Origin: an uncultured Eubacteriales bacterium
GTDB lineage: Bacteria; Bacillota; Clostridia; Christensenellales; UBA1242
NCBI GenBank assembly: GCA_948787875.1
Contig: CAQFKO010000001.1
Location: 31,545-95,544 of the forward strand
DNA: 64,000 nucleotides
Reading direction: 5' to 3'
The notes below the pieces were generated by a model. That model had not been told where the DNA came from, ran no database searches, and saw only the letters and a list, made by a program, of their open reading frames with translations. Each line of letters begins with the position of its first letter. Position 1 is the stretch's first letter. Below are positions 17,978 through 25,989 of the stretch, in pieces. The position numbers were made by a program, and so were the translations under genes.

Positions 17978-18832
17978 TTACTTAAAATCTTTAAATATAT
18001 TATAAGCAAAGTTTGTGTCCTTAGCAACACTTTTGTGCTTTTCAAAAATTTCCGCCAAAAATTCTTTTTTTATCGGGTGCGACAAACTGTCGCTTCCGAC
18101 TTCTATTGTCAGAGACGGGATTTTCAGTTTTGAAACACAATAATCTTTTAATCCGCCCGAACTGTAACTCTCCACATTTTTTATGCTATAACCCGTGCTT
18201 AAAGCAAAGCGCTCAGCAATAAGTCTGTCACGCTCCAAAAGTTTTTTTTCTTGAAAAAAATTGTAATAAATTTCTTCGCCTTTGCTGTGATAAGTTACAA
18301 CAAAAAAAGTATTGCTGTTTTTTATTTCTTTTATAATAAGTTTTGTTTCAAGTTCGCTTTCGGGAGCCTCTCCCACATAGCCCGAAGGCGCGGGCACAAG
18401 CGAATGTATATTTTGACCGAAGTTTGCATCAAAATTATTATTTATATCTACCCCTCTGCCGTTGGCCTTCCACATGGAAAAGTCGCTATTATTCAAATTT
18501 ATTTTAACAAGGTTTTCATGCAAAAAAATAGGTGCTGACTTTAACCCATTGCAAGAAAGTTCTACGCCGTCGGGATTTGCCATAACAATTGCCTTTATAT
18601 TAAAATCTTTGCACTCGTCAAACAAATGCTCTTCTAGCATTTTTATCAATAAATCGGTTGTTATATGCTCCCTTCCATGAGTTGAGGCAACAAAAATTGC
18701 AGTCGAAAAAGATTTATCACAAATCTTTTCAACTGCAAAAATTTTTCTTTTAAAATAAGTTTCGCCAAGTTCTTTGACCAAGTAATCGTTTCTTAGTGTT
18801 TCTAGTTTATTCAAAAGTGAAATATAATCCAT
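17978..18832 (-). CDS. M14-family zinc carboxypeptidase (gamma-D-glutamyl-meso-DAP peptidase-like)
   Basis: STHGREHITT and VVTYHSKGEEIYYNF resemble the M14 HxxE and YHS motifs. Confidence 0.65.
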   Translation of the reverse strand: MDYISLLNKLETLRNDYLVKELGETYFKRKIFAVEKICDKSFSTAIFVASTHGREHITTDLLIKMLEEHLFDECKDFNIKAIVMANPDGVELSCNGLKSAPIFLHENLVKINLNNSDFSMWKANGRGVDINNNFDANFGQNIHSLVPAPSGYVGEAPESELETKLIIKEIKNSNTFFVVTYHSKGEEIYYNFFQEKKLLERDRLIAERFALSTGYSIKNVESYSSGGLKDYCVSKLKIPSLTIEVGSDSLSHPIKKEFLAEIFEKHKSVAKDTNFAYNIFKDFK

Positions 18833-18838
18833 AACACT

Positions 18839-20128
18839 TTATAATATGCCAAGACCCATCAAAAGTGAAGTTATCCAATCAAACAGCAAATATGCGCCAG
18901 ATAGTGCAAACATAATAATTGTTGCAACCGACATCTGCGGTTTTTCGTCTAAACCGAAAGAGCTTTTTCCGCCAGCGGTTTCAATTTTTTCTCCTTCGTT
19001 TAATTCTTCTCCGTCAACACTCACAGAAACACCTGTTTCTTTTCCATCAACAATAATAGTTGCATTGATGCTTTCTTCTTTTTTGTTGTTAAGATTATCG
19101 TTTTCGCTTTTAATTTGCTTAAAACACCATTTAACTAAAACAAAACCAATACCTGCAAATAAGAGTGCAATAAACAAGCTAATTAAAAGTGACAGCCATG
19201 GATTTATCAGTGTTGCGGAGTCAACAATGCCACCTACGGCATCATCAACTTCCGGCATTGAACTGAGCAGTGATGAGAAAATATAAACTTGTGTTACCGA
19301 GATAAAATTGTTGAAGAAATGTATAAGCACTCCCACCCAAAGATTGCCTGTTTCAATAAATATATAACCTATTACAAGCCCGATAATAAATTGGTGAACC
19401 GTTTGCTCTGCGTTTCCGTGCATAAGCATAAAAATCAAAGCAGAAACAACAATTGCAATCTTTTTTCCGTATTTTTTGAAGCCCGAAAGAACCACGCCTC
19501 TAAACAAAAGCTCTTCGCATACAGCAGGAGTGATACAAGTGGTTACAATATAGATAAGGTATCTCCAAAATGTGTTAATTTGCATTCCCGACAAAATGGA
19601 CTGATAACCGCAAAGTGATAAAAATTCAATAAAAACAGATGTTAAATTTGAAAAACAAAATAAGCAGATAATTGCAACCAAAAACGAATAGCCCACAAGT
19701 TTTGCATTAACTTTTTTATTAAGCCCCGCAGCTTCTTGAATTCTTATTTTTCTTGTTTTTGCAACAGTATAAGCCACCACGCCAAACAAAAATTCAATGA
19801 TAAAAGACGCCACATAATAAACCGCTTCGTTTGCTCTTATATTGATTGGAAGAAGTCTGTATAAAAACAAAAATGCCACATTAAAAATAATAAACAACAA
19901 GGTTCCGAGAGCTGCTTCATAAACATCAAAAGATTTTCTGTAACCGTTTTGAAGCTCTCCGAAATTTATGTTATTGTTGATTTTTATTTCGATATTATCT
20001 TTTTTTTCAGAGTTTGAGGTTTCGGATATTTTTTGTTTTGTTCCGCAATATTCGCAAACATAAGCATCTTCTCCGTCTGCCTTTTTAAGCTTTCCCCCGC
20101 ATTCTCTGCACTTAAAACTCATTTTCAT
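18839..20128 (-). CDS. CPBP (CAAX/Abi) intramembrane glutamic protease with N-terminal zinc ribbon
   Basis: CRECGG...CEYCG at the N-terminus. EELLFRG, MLMHG and HFFNN motifs lie in a polytopic core. Confidence 0.75.
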   Translation of the reverse strand: MKMSFKCRECGGKLKKADGEDAYVCEYCGTKQKISETSNSEKKDNIEIKINNNINFGELQNGYRKSFDVYEAALGTLLFIIFNVAFLFLYRLLPINIRANEAVYYVASFIIEFLFGVVAYTVAKTRKIRIQEAAGLNKKVNAKLVGYSFLVAIICLFCFSNLTSVFIEFLSLCGYQSILSGMQINTFWRYLIYIVTTCITPAVCEELLFRGVVLSGFKKYGKKIAIVVSALIFMLMHGNAEQTVHQFIIGLVIGYIFIETGNLWVGVLIHFFNNFISVTQVYIFSSLLSSMPEVDDAVGGIVDSATLINPWLSLLISLFIALLFAGIGFVLVKWCFKQIKSENDNLNNKKEESINATIIVDGKETGVSVSVDGEELNEGEKIETAGGKSSFGLDEKPQMSVATIIMFALSGAYLLFDWITSLLMGLGIL

Positions 20129-20171
20129 ATACTTTCTCCAACAATAATAAATATTAATTTATGTGTTATGT

Positions 20172-20972
20172 TTATTCTTTTTTTAAGCTGAAATTGTTTC
20201 CGTGTTTGTCTTGAAATGATAAACGAATAAACACATCTTTGTCAAGCACAAGCCCCTGCGATTCAAAGAAATTTGCAAATTCGCCGTAAGCAATTCTGGG
20301 CGAATTATTATTTTCGGACAAATGTGACAAAATAAAACATTTTGTTCCTCTTTTATAAAGCCAATCCGCAAGTTCAAGGGCTTGGGCGTTTGATAAATGC
20401 CCGTACTTTCCCGCTATTCTTGCTTTAAGCCTTGGCGGATAGTTTCCACTAAGAAGCATTTGTTTGTCATGATTGGATTCAATAAAAACTATTTTTGAAC
20501 CCGAAAGTGCATTTTTTACGGTTTCGGTCACAATTCCAAGGTCGGTAACAAAACCGGCTTTTGATTTGCTTTTAAATTCACTTACCACAAAGCCTACGGG
20601 ACAAACAGCATCATGCGAAATATTAAAAGGTTCAATTAGCAAATCGCCCACTTTTGCCGTATTATTTGAAAAACACAAAAGTTTTTGTTCTTTGAAATTT
20701 ATATTTTGCAATAATCCGCTTTTTGCAAGTTCTTCATGAACAAAAAATTGCATATCGTATTTTTTTGCAAGCGTTGGCAAAGCCTTAATATGATCGCTGT
20801 GCTCATGAGTAACAAAAACCGCATTTATTTGACTTAAACTTGTTCCGACTTCATTCAAACGCCTTTCAAGCTCTTTTTCTCTAAGCCCTGCATCAATCAA
20901 AATTTTGGTTTTTTCGGTTTCAATCAGCGTTGAATTTGCCTTACTTCCAGACGCCAAATTAACTATGTGCAT
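20172..20972 (-). CDS. MBL-fold metallo-hydrolase (YycJ/WalJ-like)
   Basis: VFVTHEHSDHIKAL (HxHxDH motif). 266 aa. Confidence 0.8.
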   Translation of the reverse strand: MHIVNLASGSKANSTLIETEKTKILIDAGLREKELERRLNEVGTSLSQINAVFVTHEHSDHIKALPTLAKKYDMQFFVHEELAKSGLLQNINFKEQKLLCFSNNTAKVGDLLIEPFNISHDAVCPVGFVVSEFKSKSKAGFVTDLGIVTETVKNALSGSKIVFIESNHDKQMLLSGNYPPRLKARIAGKYGHLSNAQALELADWLYKRGTKCFILSHLSENNNSPRIAYGEFANFFESQGLVLDKDVFIRLSFQDKHGNNFSLKKE

Positions 20973-21042
20973 AAACTTTCTCCTAGAAGCATTAGTTTAG
21001 CACAATTATAAAAATTTAAAAAGCATTTTTTATGTTAAATTT

Positions 21043-22539
21043 TTAACTAAGTTTTGTGATTATTGTTGTTCCGTTTAAATAGCCGTCAAAAAATCCGTCC
21101 AAATCTTTGTGACAAGCCGACTTAAAGGCGGCAAAAAAATCATCTTTTGTGGCATTTTTAAACTTGTTTTGCTGATAATATTTTTTGAAGCCACTAATGA
21201 GTTTGTCTTCTCCCACAACATTTCGCAGTGCGTCAAACATAATAACGCCTTTAACATAAACCATATATGAATATTCATAGTCGTTTTGATATTCGTTTAC
21301 AGCAAGGTTCATTTTTGTGTTTACATCACCTTTTATGGCTGAAATTACATCAACATAAAGCAAATAACTTGAAAGTGCGGTATCAACCAAATCTTTGTAA
21401 GATATTCCATAGCCCGTGTTGTTTGCAAAAAACAGCGCAGCCGAATATTCGGTTAAAGATTCGTCAAGCCAAGCCTCACGCGCCTCATTATTTCCCACCA
21501 CGCCATACCACCATTGGTGAGCGATTTCATGAACAACAACTTTTAAATATTCGTCTTCGTCATCAATGGCGTCTGAAATAAACACAATATTCGGATATTC
21601 CATTCCACCGTAAATAAATGGAGTTTTTACAACCGACAATGTGGAATATGGATATGCTCCGAAAACCTTTCCGAAATACTCCACTGCTGCCTTAGATAGC
21701 GAAAGCTGTTTGTTTAGGTCTTGGTCGTCTTTGTAGCCCATATAATAAATGGTTGTGTTTCCCGCTTTGGTGCTAACCAGCCCAGCATTATCAGACAAAC
21801 ACATTGCAAAATCTCTTACGGCTTTTGCATTTATTGTTGCAACTTTTTTGTTATTACTTTCTCCAACCGTTATACTTCCCGTTGAGCAAAGTGTATACTT
21901 TGACGGATAAGTAAAACTTACATTAAAATTTGCTATGTCTGAATAGAACGGGTCACCCGTTGAATAATATGGCGTAAGGTCAAACTTTCCGCCCTCAAAC
22001 TTGCAAGCCACAGGATAAAAGTTTCCTAAGTTTATGTTTGTTTGATAATAGCCCAAACGGTGTGTGCTGTTTGGCAATGAAAGATTAAAATCAATATCAA
22101 TCTTTACTCTTTTGCCATTTGCCAAACCAAAATTAAAGTTTACTTTTAAAATATCCTCATCTTCACCAATGTGTTCAAATGCAGAATTTTCGCCATTTAC
22201 CCTTACAGCCGAAATTTGAATATCACCATAGCTTATGCCGTTTGGAAAGCAAGTTGCGGCCGTTAAAATGGTATAAGGCTTTAACATTGCACCTTCACGA
22301 AAAGCACGCGGATAAAGGTGAAAACACAAATAACTAAGTTCTGTGCCCGTTTCATTAAAATAGTCCACACTTTGAGACCCTGAAACCGTCATATTTTCGG
22401 CATTAAGTTCGGCAGAAATGGAATAGACTGTTAAGTTTTTGGAAATCTTGTCAACTTCGTTTTTTGAACAGCCCGAAAACGCAAAGACAGAAATAGCGCA
22501 AAATATTATTGTTAAAGAAAAACAAAAAAACTTCTTCAT
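21043..22539 (-). CDS. M1-family metallopeptidase lipoprotein
   Basis: HEIAHQWWYG...WLDESLTEY (HExxH-x18-E gluzincin motif). Signal peptide with lipobox AFSG|C. Confidence 0.8.
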   Translation of the reverse strand: MKKFFCFSLTIIFCAISVFAFSGCSKNEVDKISKNLTVYSISAELNAENMTVSGSQSVDYFNETGTELSYLCFHLYPRAFREGAMLKPYTILTAATCFPNGISYGDIQISAVRVNGENSAFEHIGEDEDILKVNFNFGLANGKRVKIDIDFNLSLPNSTHRLGYYQTNINLGNFYPVACKFEGGKFDLTPYYSTGDPFYSDIANFNVSFTYPSKYTLCSTGSITVGESNNKKVATINAKAVRDFAMCLSDNAGLVSTKAGNTTIYYMGYKDDQDLNKQLSLSKAAVEYFGKVFGAYPYSTLSVVKTPFIYGGMEYPNIVFISDAIDDEDEYLKVVVHEIAHQWWYGVVGNNEAREAWLDESLTEYSAALFFANNTGYGISYKDLVDTALSSYLLYVDVISAIKGDVNTKMNLAVNEYQNDYEYSYMVYVKGVIMFDALRNVVGEDKLISGFKKYYQQNKFKNATKDDFFAAFKSACHKDLDGFFDGYLNGTTIITKLS

Positions 22540-22607
22540 AATAACCTCTAATCAAGTTTTATGCTAAATATCAAGGCATTATGAAAAAGTTTTTATTAAT
22601 AATATTA

Positions 22608-23537
22608 TTAGTCAAAATTAATCTTATCTTTTATAATATAAATTGGGCGCTTTTGCACTTCTTTATAAATTCTGGCAATATAAATATTTTGCAAGCCCAT
22701 AACAATAAGAATTATTGATGCAAACAACGCTATTGAAGGAAAAAGCCAAGCAGTTAGCGGAAGCACGATTTTTAAGCAAGCAAGAACAATAAATGTTATA
22801 AAACATAAAATTGAACTTATTCCAAAAAAGATTCCGAATTTGGTTGCAAAAGAAAGTGGATAAGAACTGTTTGATACAATTCCGTTTGTTGCGAGCTTTA
22901 AAAGTTTTTTAAAGTTATATTTTGTTTCACCCGCAAGACGTTTTTGCCTGTCAAACTCAATTGAAGTTTGCTTAAACCCAACCCAAGCGGTTATTCCTCT
23001 CAAAAACCTGTCGCGCTCGGGCATACTTATAATAGTGTCAATAACCTTTCGGTCAAAAAGCTTAAAATCACCACAAGCCTTTGGAAGTTCTAAGCCCGTT
23101 ATGTTTTTGTAAAACTTTGTGTATATGCTTGCCGTAGATTTCTTTAAAAAAGTTTCGCCCTTTCTGACCTTTCGCTTTCCGTGAACAATGTCATAACCTT
23201 CTTTCCACTTTTCTATCATTAAAGGAATGGCTTCAACAGGGTCTTGAAGGTCAACATCTATATCAATTACCGCATCGCCCTCAGCAAGCTCAAAACCTGC
23301 AAGAATTGCGGGTTGTTGACCAAAGTTTCTTGCAAAGTTTATTACCTTAACCTTTTTGTCAACAGCTGCCAATTCTGCCAAAATCTGTTCGGTTTTGTCA
23401 CGACTGCCGTCATTTACAAAAATAATTTCATACTTTTCTTTTAAGCCGTCCATAACCGGAATAATGGCATCATAAAATGCTTTTACGGTTTGTTCTTCAT
23501 TAAAACATGGAACAACTATTGAATATTTTGCACTCAT
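22608..23537 (-). CDS. GT2 polyprenyl-phosphate glycosyltransferase (GtrB/CsbB-like)
   Basis: YSIVVPCFNEE...FVNDGSRD...DVDLQDP. Two C-terminal TM helices. Confidence 0.8.
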   Translation of the reverse strand: MSAKYSIVVPCFNEEQTVKAFYDAIIPVMDGLKEKYEIIFVNDGSRDKTEQILAELAAVDKKVKVINFARNFGQQPAILAGFELAEGDAVIDIDVDLQDPVEAIPLMIEKWKEGYDIVHGKRKVRKGETFLKKSTASIYTKFYKNITGLELPKACGDFKLFDRKVIDTIISMPERDRFLRGITAWVGFKQTSIEFDRQKRLAGETKYNFKKLLKLATNGIVSNSSYPLSFATKFGIFFGISSILCFITFIVLACLKIVLPLTAWLFPSIALFASIILIVMGLQNIYIARIYKEVQKRPIYIIKDKINFD

Positions 23538-23751
23538 AAAATTTTCCTTTCTTTTGTGTATTTATAATTAAATTATCTTATTTTAAATATGTTTTGTCAA
23601 CAAAATATTTGCAATGCAAATGGCTTATTTGAAAAAGCCGTGTAATTTTAAATAATTTGCCAAAAAACAAAAAACTTTTTGCTTAAAAACTTTTTATAAA
23701 AGTTCAAAAAAATATAACTTTTTGTTTTAAAAAATAATGTTTATTATGCAA

Positions 23752-23780
23752 TTGACAAATAATAAAGAAATATTTAAAAT
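23752..23780 (+). promoter_or_regulatory. promoter TTGACA-17-TAAAAT of tRNA-Gly
   Basis: TTGACA at 23752-23757, a 17-nt spacer, TAAAAT at 23775-23780. The tRNA starts 16 nt downstream. Confidence 0.65.
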
Positions 23781-23796
23781 AAAAATTGTAAAAAAT

Positions 23797-23870
23797 GCGA
23801 ATGTAGTTTAGTGGTAAAATGTGGGCTTCCCAAGCCTGAGTTGTGAGTTCGATTCTCATCATTCGCTCCA
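23797..23870 (+). tRNA. tRNA-Gly (anticodon CCC)
   Basis: Hand-folded cloverleaf. Acceptor stem GCGAATG/CATTCGC, anticodon stem TGGGC/GCCTG with loop TTCCCAA, T-arm GTGAG-TTCGATT-CTCAT, discriminator T and encoded CCA. 74 nt. Confidence 0.9.
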
Positions 23871-23976
23871 AATTATTTATAAAAATATTTTTAAGTTTTT
23901 GCTTAAAACTTAATTATAAATTATTAACCATACATTTTTAAATAAGATTGTGGCATAAATATAAACGGAGAAAATT

Positions 23977-24759
23977 ATGAAAGAATTTTATCTTGAAAAC
24001 TCGCCTATCGCCTATTATATTGACGATTCCGCAAACAAAGATTGGGTTGTTTTTATTCATGCGGCATTCGTTGACCACAGAATGTTTGAAAAACAATTTG
24101 AGTATTTTGAAAAAAAATATAATTTGCTTGCAATAGATATTTTGGGGCACGGAAATTCAATCAAAACAAAAAAAGGCGATACTGTTTTAATGATGTCTGA
24201 TTGGATAAACCAAATTTTTGAAAAGCACAATATTAGTTCGGCGCATTTTGTAGGCGTTTCTTTGGGGGCGGTTTTTGCTCAGGATTTTGCCAATAAATTT
24301 GAAAGCAAAGTTTTGTCACTTGCCTGCTTTGGCGGTTATGATATTAATGATTTTGATATCAAAAAACAAAAAAGCAATTCAAAAGAGCAAATGAAAATGA
24401 TGTTAAAAGCCATTTTTTCTATTAAATGGTTTGCAAAGGCAAATAAAAAGATTTCGGCTTATACAAAAGAGGCTCAACAAGAATTTTATAATCTTAATAT
24501 AAATTTCAAGAAAAAATCGTTTATGTATTTGGCAAAATTGCAAAACCTTGTAAACAAGTTTCCCAAAAAGCAAAGACAATACAATCTGTTAATCGGTTGT
24601 GGAGAGCACGATATTACTGCGGAAATAGAAATTGTTGAAGATTGGGCAAAAAAAGAAAATTGCGAAAAAGTAATTTTGCAAGGTGCGGGGCACTGTGCAA
24701 ATATGGACAATCCAAAAGCATTTAATGCCTGTTTGGAAAGTTTTTGGAGAAAGGTTTAA
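23977..24759 (+). CDS. alpha/beta hydrolase
   Basis: GHGNS, nucleophile elbow GVSLGA and a C-terminal GAGHCAN. 260 aa. Confidence 0.75.
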   Translation: MKEFYLENSPIAYYIDDSANKDWVVFIHAAFVDHRMFEKQFEYFEKKYNLLAIDILGHGNSIKTKKGDTVLMMSDWINQIFEKHNISSAHFVGVSLGAVFAQDFANKFESKVLSLACFGGYDINDFDIKKQKSNSKEQMKMMLKAIFSIKWFAKANKKISAYTKEAQQEFYNLNINFKKKSFMYLAKLQNLVNKFPKKQRQYNLLIGCGEHDITAEIEIVEDWAKKENCEKVILQGAGHCANMDNPKAFNACLESFWRKV

Positions 24760-24788
24760 CAGCTTTGTTATTTGATTTATTATATATT

Positions 24789-24817
24789 AACCGCAAAGTT
24801 TTGCGGTTATTTTTTTT
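24789..24817 (+). terminator. rho-independent terminator
   Basis: AACCGCAAA/TTTGCGGTT followed by T8. Confidence 0.7.
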
Positions 24818-24887
24818 CACAAAAATTTTCAAAACAACTTTTGATTATAAAAAAATTTACAAAGAAAAAAAGAGAATAATTCTCTTT

Positions 24888-25316
24888 TTAGTTGGTTGGT
24901 TGAGTTATTATATTCGGGTCTGCTTGCAACTTTTTTTCAACCTTTTGAATTACCGCAAACTCGCCCGAAAATTTTGGATCCAATAGATAGAACAATTTTT
25001 CTGATGCAACTCCAAGTGCAACTAATTTTTCAACATCGCTAAGTCCGCCCCAACGAATTCCCTTTCTGTTTAATGTTAAATTAATTGCATATTTTGGATT
25101 TGACAAATTCGGAAGTTCTTCCAAAAGTGTTTCTATTGCAAGCTTGTTAAAATTCAGTCTTTTTAAATTAAAAGCAAAATCGTCTTTTAATCCGATGCCG
25201 ATAACATAGTCGCACAGTGGCTTAAAGTCTAACGAAACCTCCGATGGCTTTATCAAACAATTATTAAAAACAGTGTCTAAAATATCTGCCATGTTGTTGT
25301 AATTAATTTTATTCAT
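24888..25316 (-). CDS. hypothetical protein (142 aa)
   Basis: GAGGT SD and its own TTGACA-16-TAAAAT promoter in the 84-nt gap upstream. No family recognised. Confidence 0.5.
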   Translation of the reverse strand: MNKINYNNMADILDTVFNNCLIKPSEVSLDFKPLCDYVIGIGLKDDFAFNLKRLNFNKLAIETLLEELPNLSNPKYAINLTLNRKGIRWGGLSDVEKLVALGVASEKLFYLLDPKFSGEFAVIQKVEKKLQADPNIITQPTN

Positions 25317-25400
25317 ATTACCTCACACAAGGCAATATTTTATCACAAACATTTTTTTTGTCAAGATAAAAAGTTTTTGTTTGGCAAATTTTAAAATAAT

Positions 25401-25610
25401 TTAATTTTCTTTTTTATCCACCCTTCCCAGCAAATAATCGGTGGAAACCATAAATAATTCCGCTAATTTTATAAGTTTTTCAAAACTTGTTTCTGACTTT
25501 CCATTTTCCCAATCACTTACATTTTGATTTGTTACACCAATTGCAGTTGCAAGCTGAGATTGCGACAACTTATTATGAATTCTCAATTCTTTTAATCTTT
25601 CCGCAAACAT
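25401..25610 (-). CDS. XRE-family helix-turn-helix regulator
   Basis: LRIHNKLSQSQLATAIGVTNQNVSDWENGKS is the classic Cro/C1-type HTH. 69 aa. AGGAG SD. Confidence 0.85.
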   Translation of the reverse strand: MFAERLKELRIHNKLSQSQLATAIGVTNQNVSDWENGKSETSFEKLIKLAELFMVSTDYLLGRVDKKEN

Positions 25611-25619
25611 AATGACTCC

Positions 25620-25634
25620 TTTTTTTTTTTTTTT
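25620..25634. repeat. T15 (A15 on the minus strand) homopolymer
   Basis: Uninterrupted run of 15 T, immediately upstream (minus strand) of the XRE SD. Confidence 0.9.
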
Positions 25635-25643
25635 AACAAAATA

Positions 25644-25676
25644 TAAGAAAATACTTTACATTAAGAAAATTTCTTA
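25644..25676. promoter_or_regulatory. putative XRE operators: TAAGAAA half-site plus palindrome TAAGAAA-a-TTTCTTA
   Basis: TAAGAAA at 25644-25650. A perfect 7-bp-arm palindrome lies at 25662-25676, filling the spacer between TTTACA (25655-25660) and TATATA (25677-25682). Confidence 0.55.
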
Positions 25677-25691
25677 TATATAGGAATCATT

Positions 25692-25979
25692 ATGGAAATT
25701 ATGGAAAGCTACACTTGCAAAAATTGCAAATTTTATAAGGAGCTTTATATGATATTTTACGTAAAGTTTGTTAAGACACAATTTGGTCATTGTGGAAATT
25801 TTGAATTGACTAAAAGAATTAGAAGCAAATTAAAATCTTGTGAAAGTTTTGTGTTTTTATCAAAAATAGAGCTAGAAAACAAAACCAATCAAACTTTAAT
25901 TAATAAAATCAACTATATTTTTGACACAATTTGGGGCTATGTAGATTATTTAAATAAAAATAATAAAAGAGAGAAATAA
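25692..25979 (+). CDS. hypothetical Cys-rich small protein (CxxC...HC...C)
   Basis: 95 aa, divergent from the XRE gene. Possible zinc-binding arrangement CKNCKFY...GHCGN...C. No family recognised. Confidence 0.5.
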   Translation: MEIMESYTCKNCKFYKELYMIFYVKFVKTQFGHCGNFELTKRIRSKLKSCESFVFLSKIELENKTNQTLINKINYIFDTIWGYVDYLNKNNKREK

Positions 25980-25989
25980 CTTCCCTCTT

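Noticed and set aside
23608-23620. Palindromes built from TGCAAA/TTTGCA: TTTGCA-a-TGCAAA here and TGCAAA-t-TTTGCA at 55039-55051
   Set aside because: TGCAAA-type hexamers are very frequent in this AT-rich sequence. The arms are only 6 bp and the two sites have opposite arm order, so this is probably chance.
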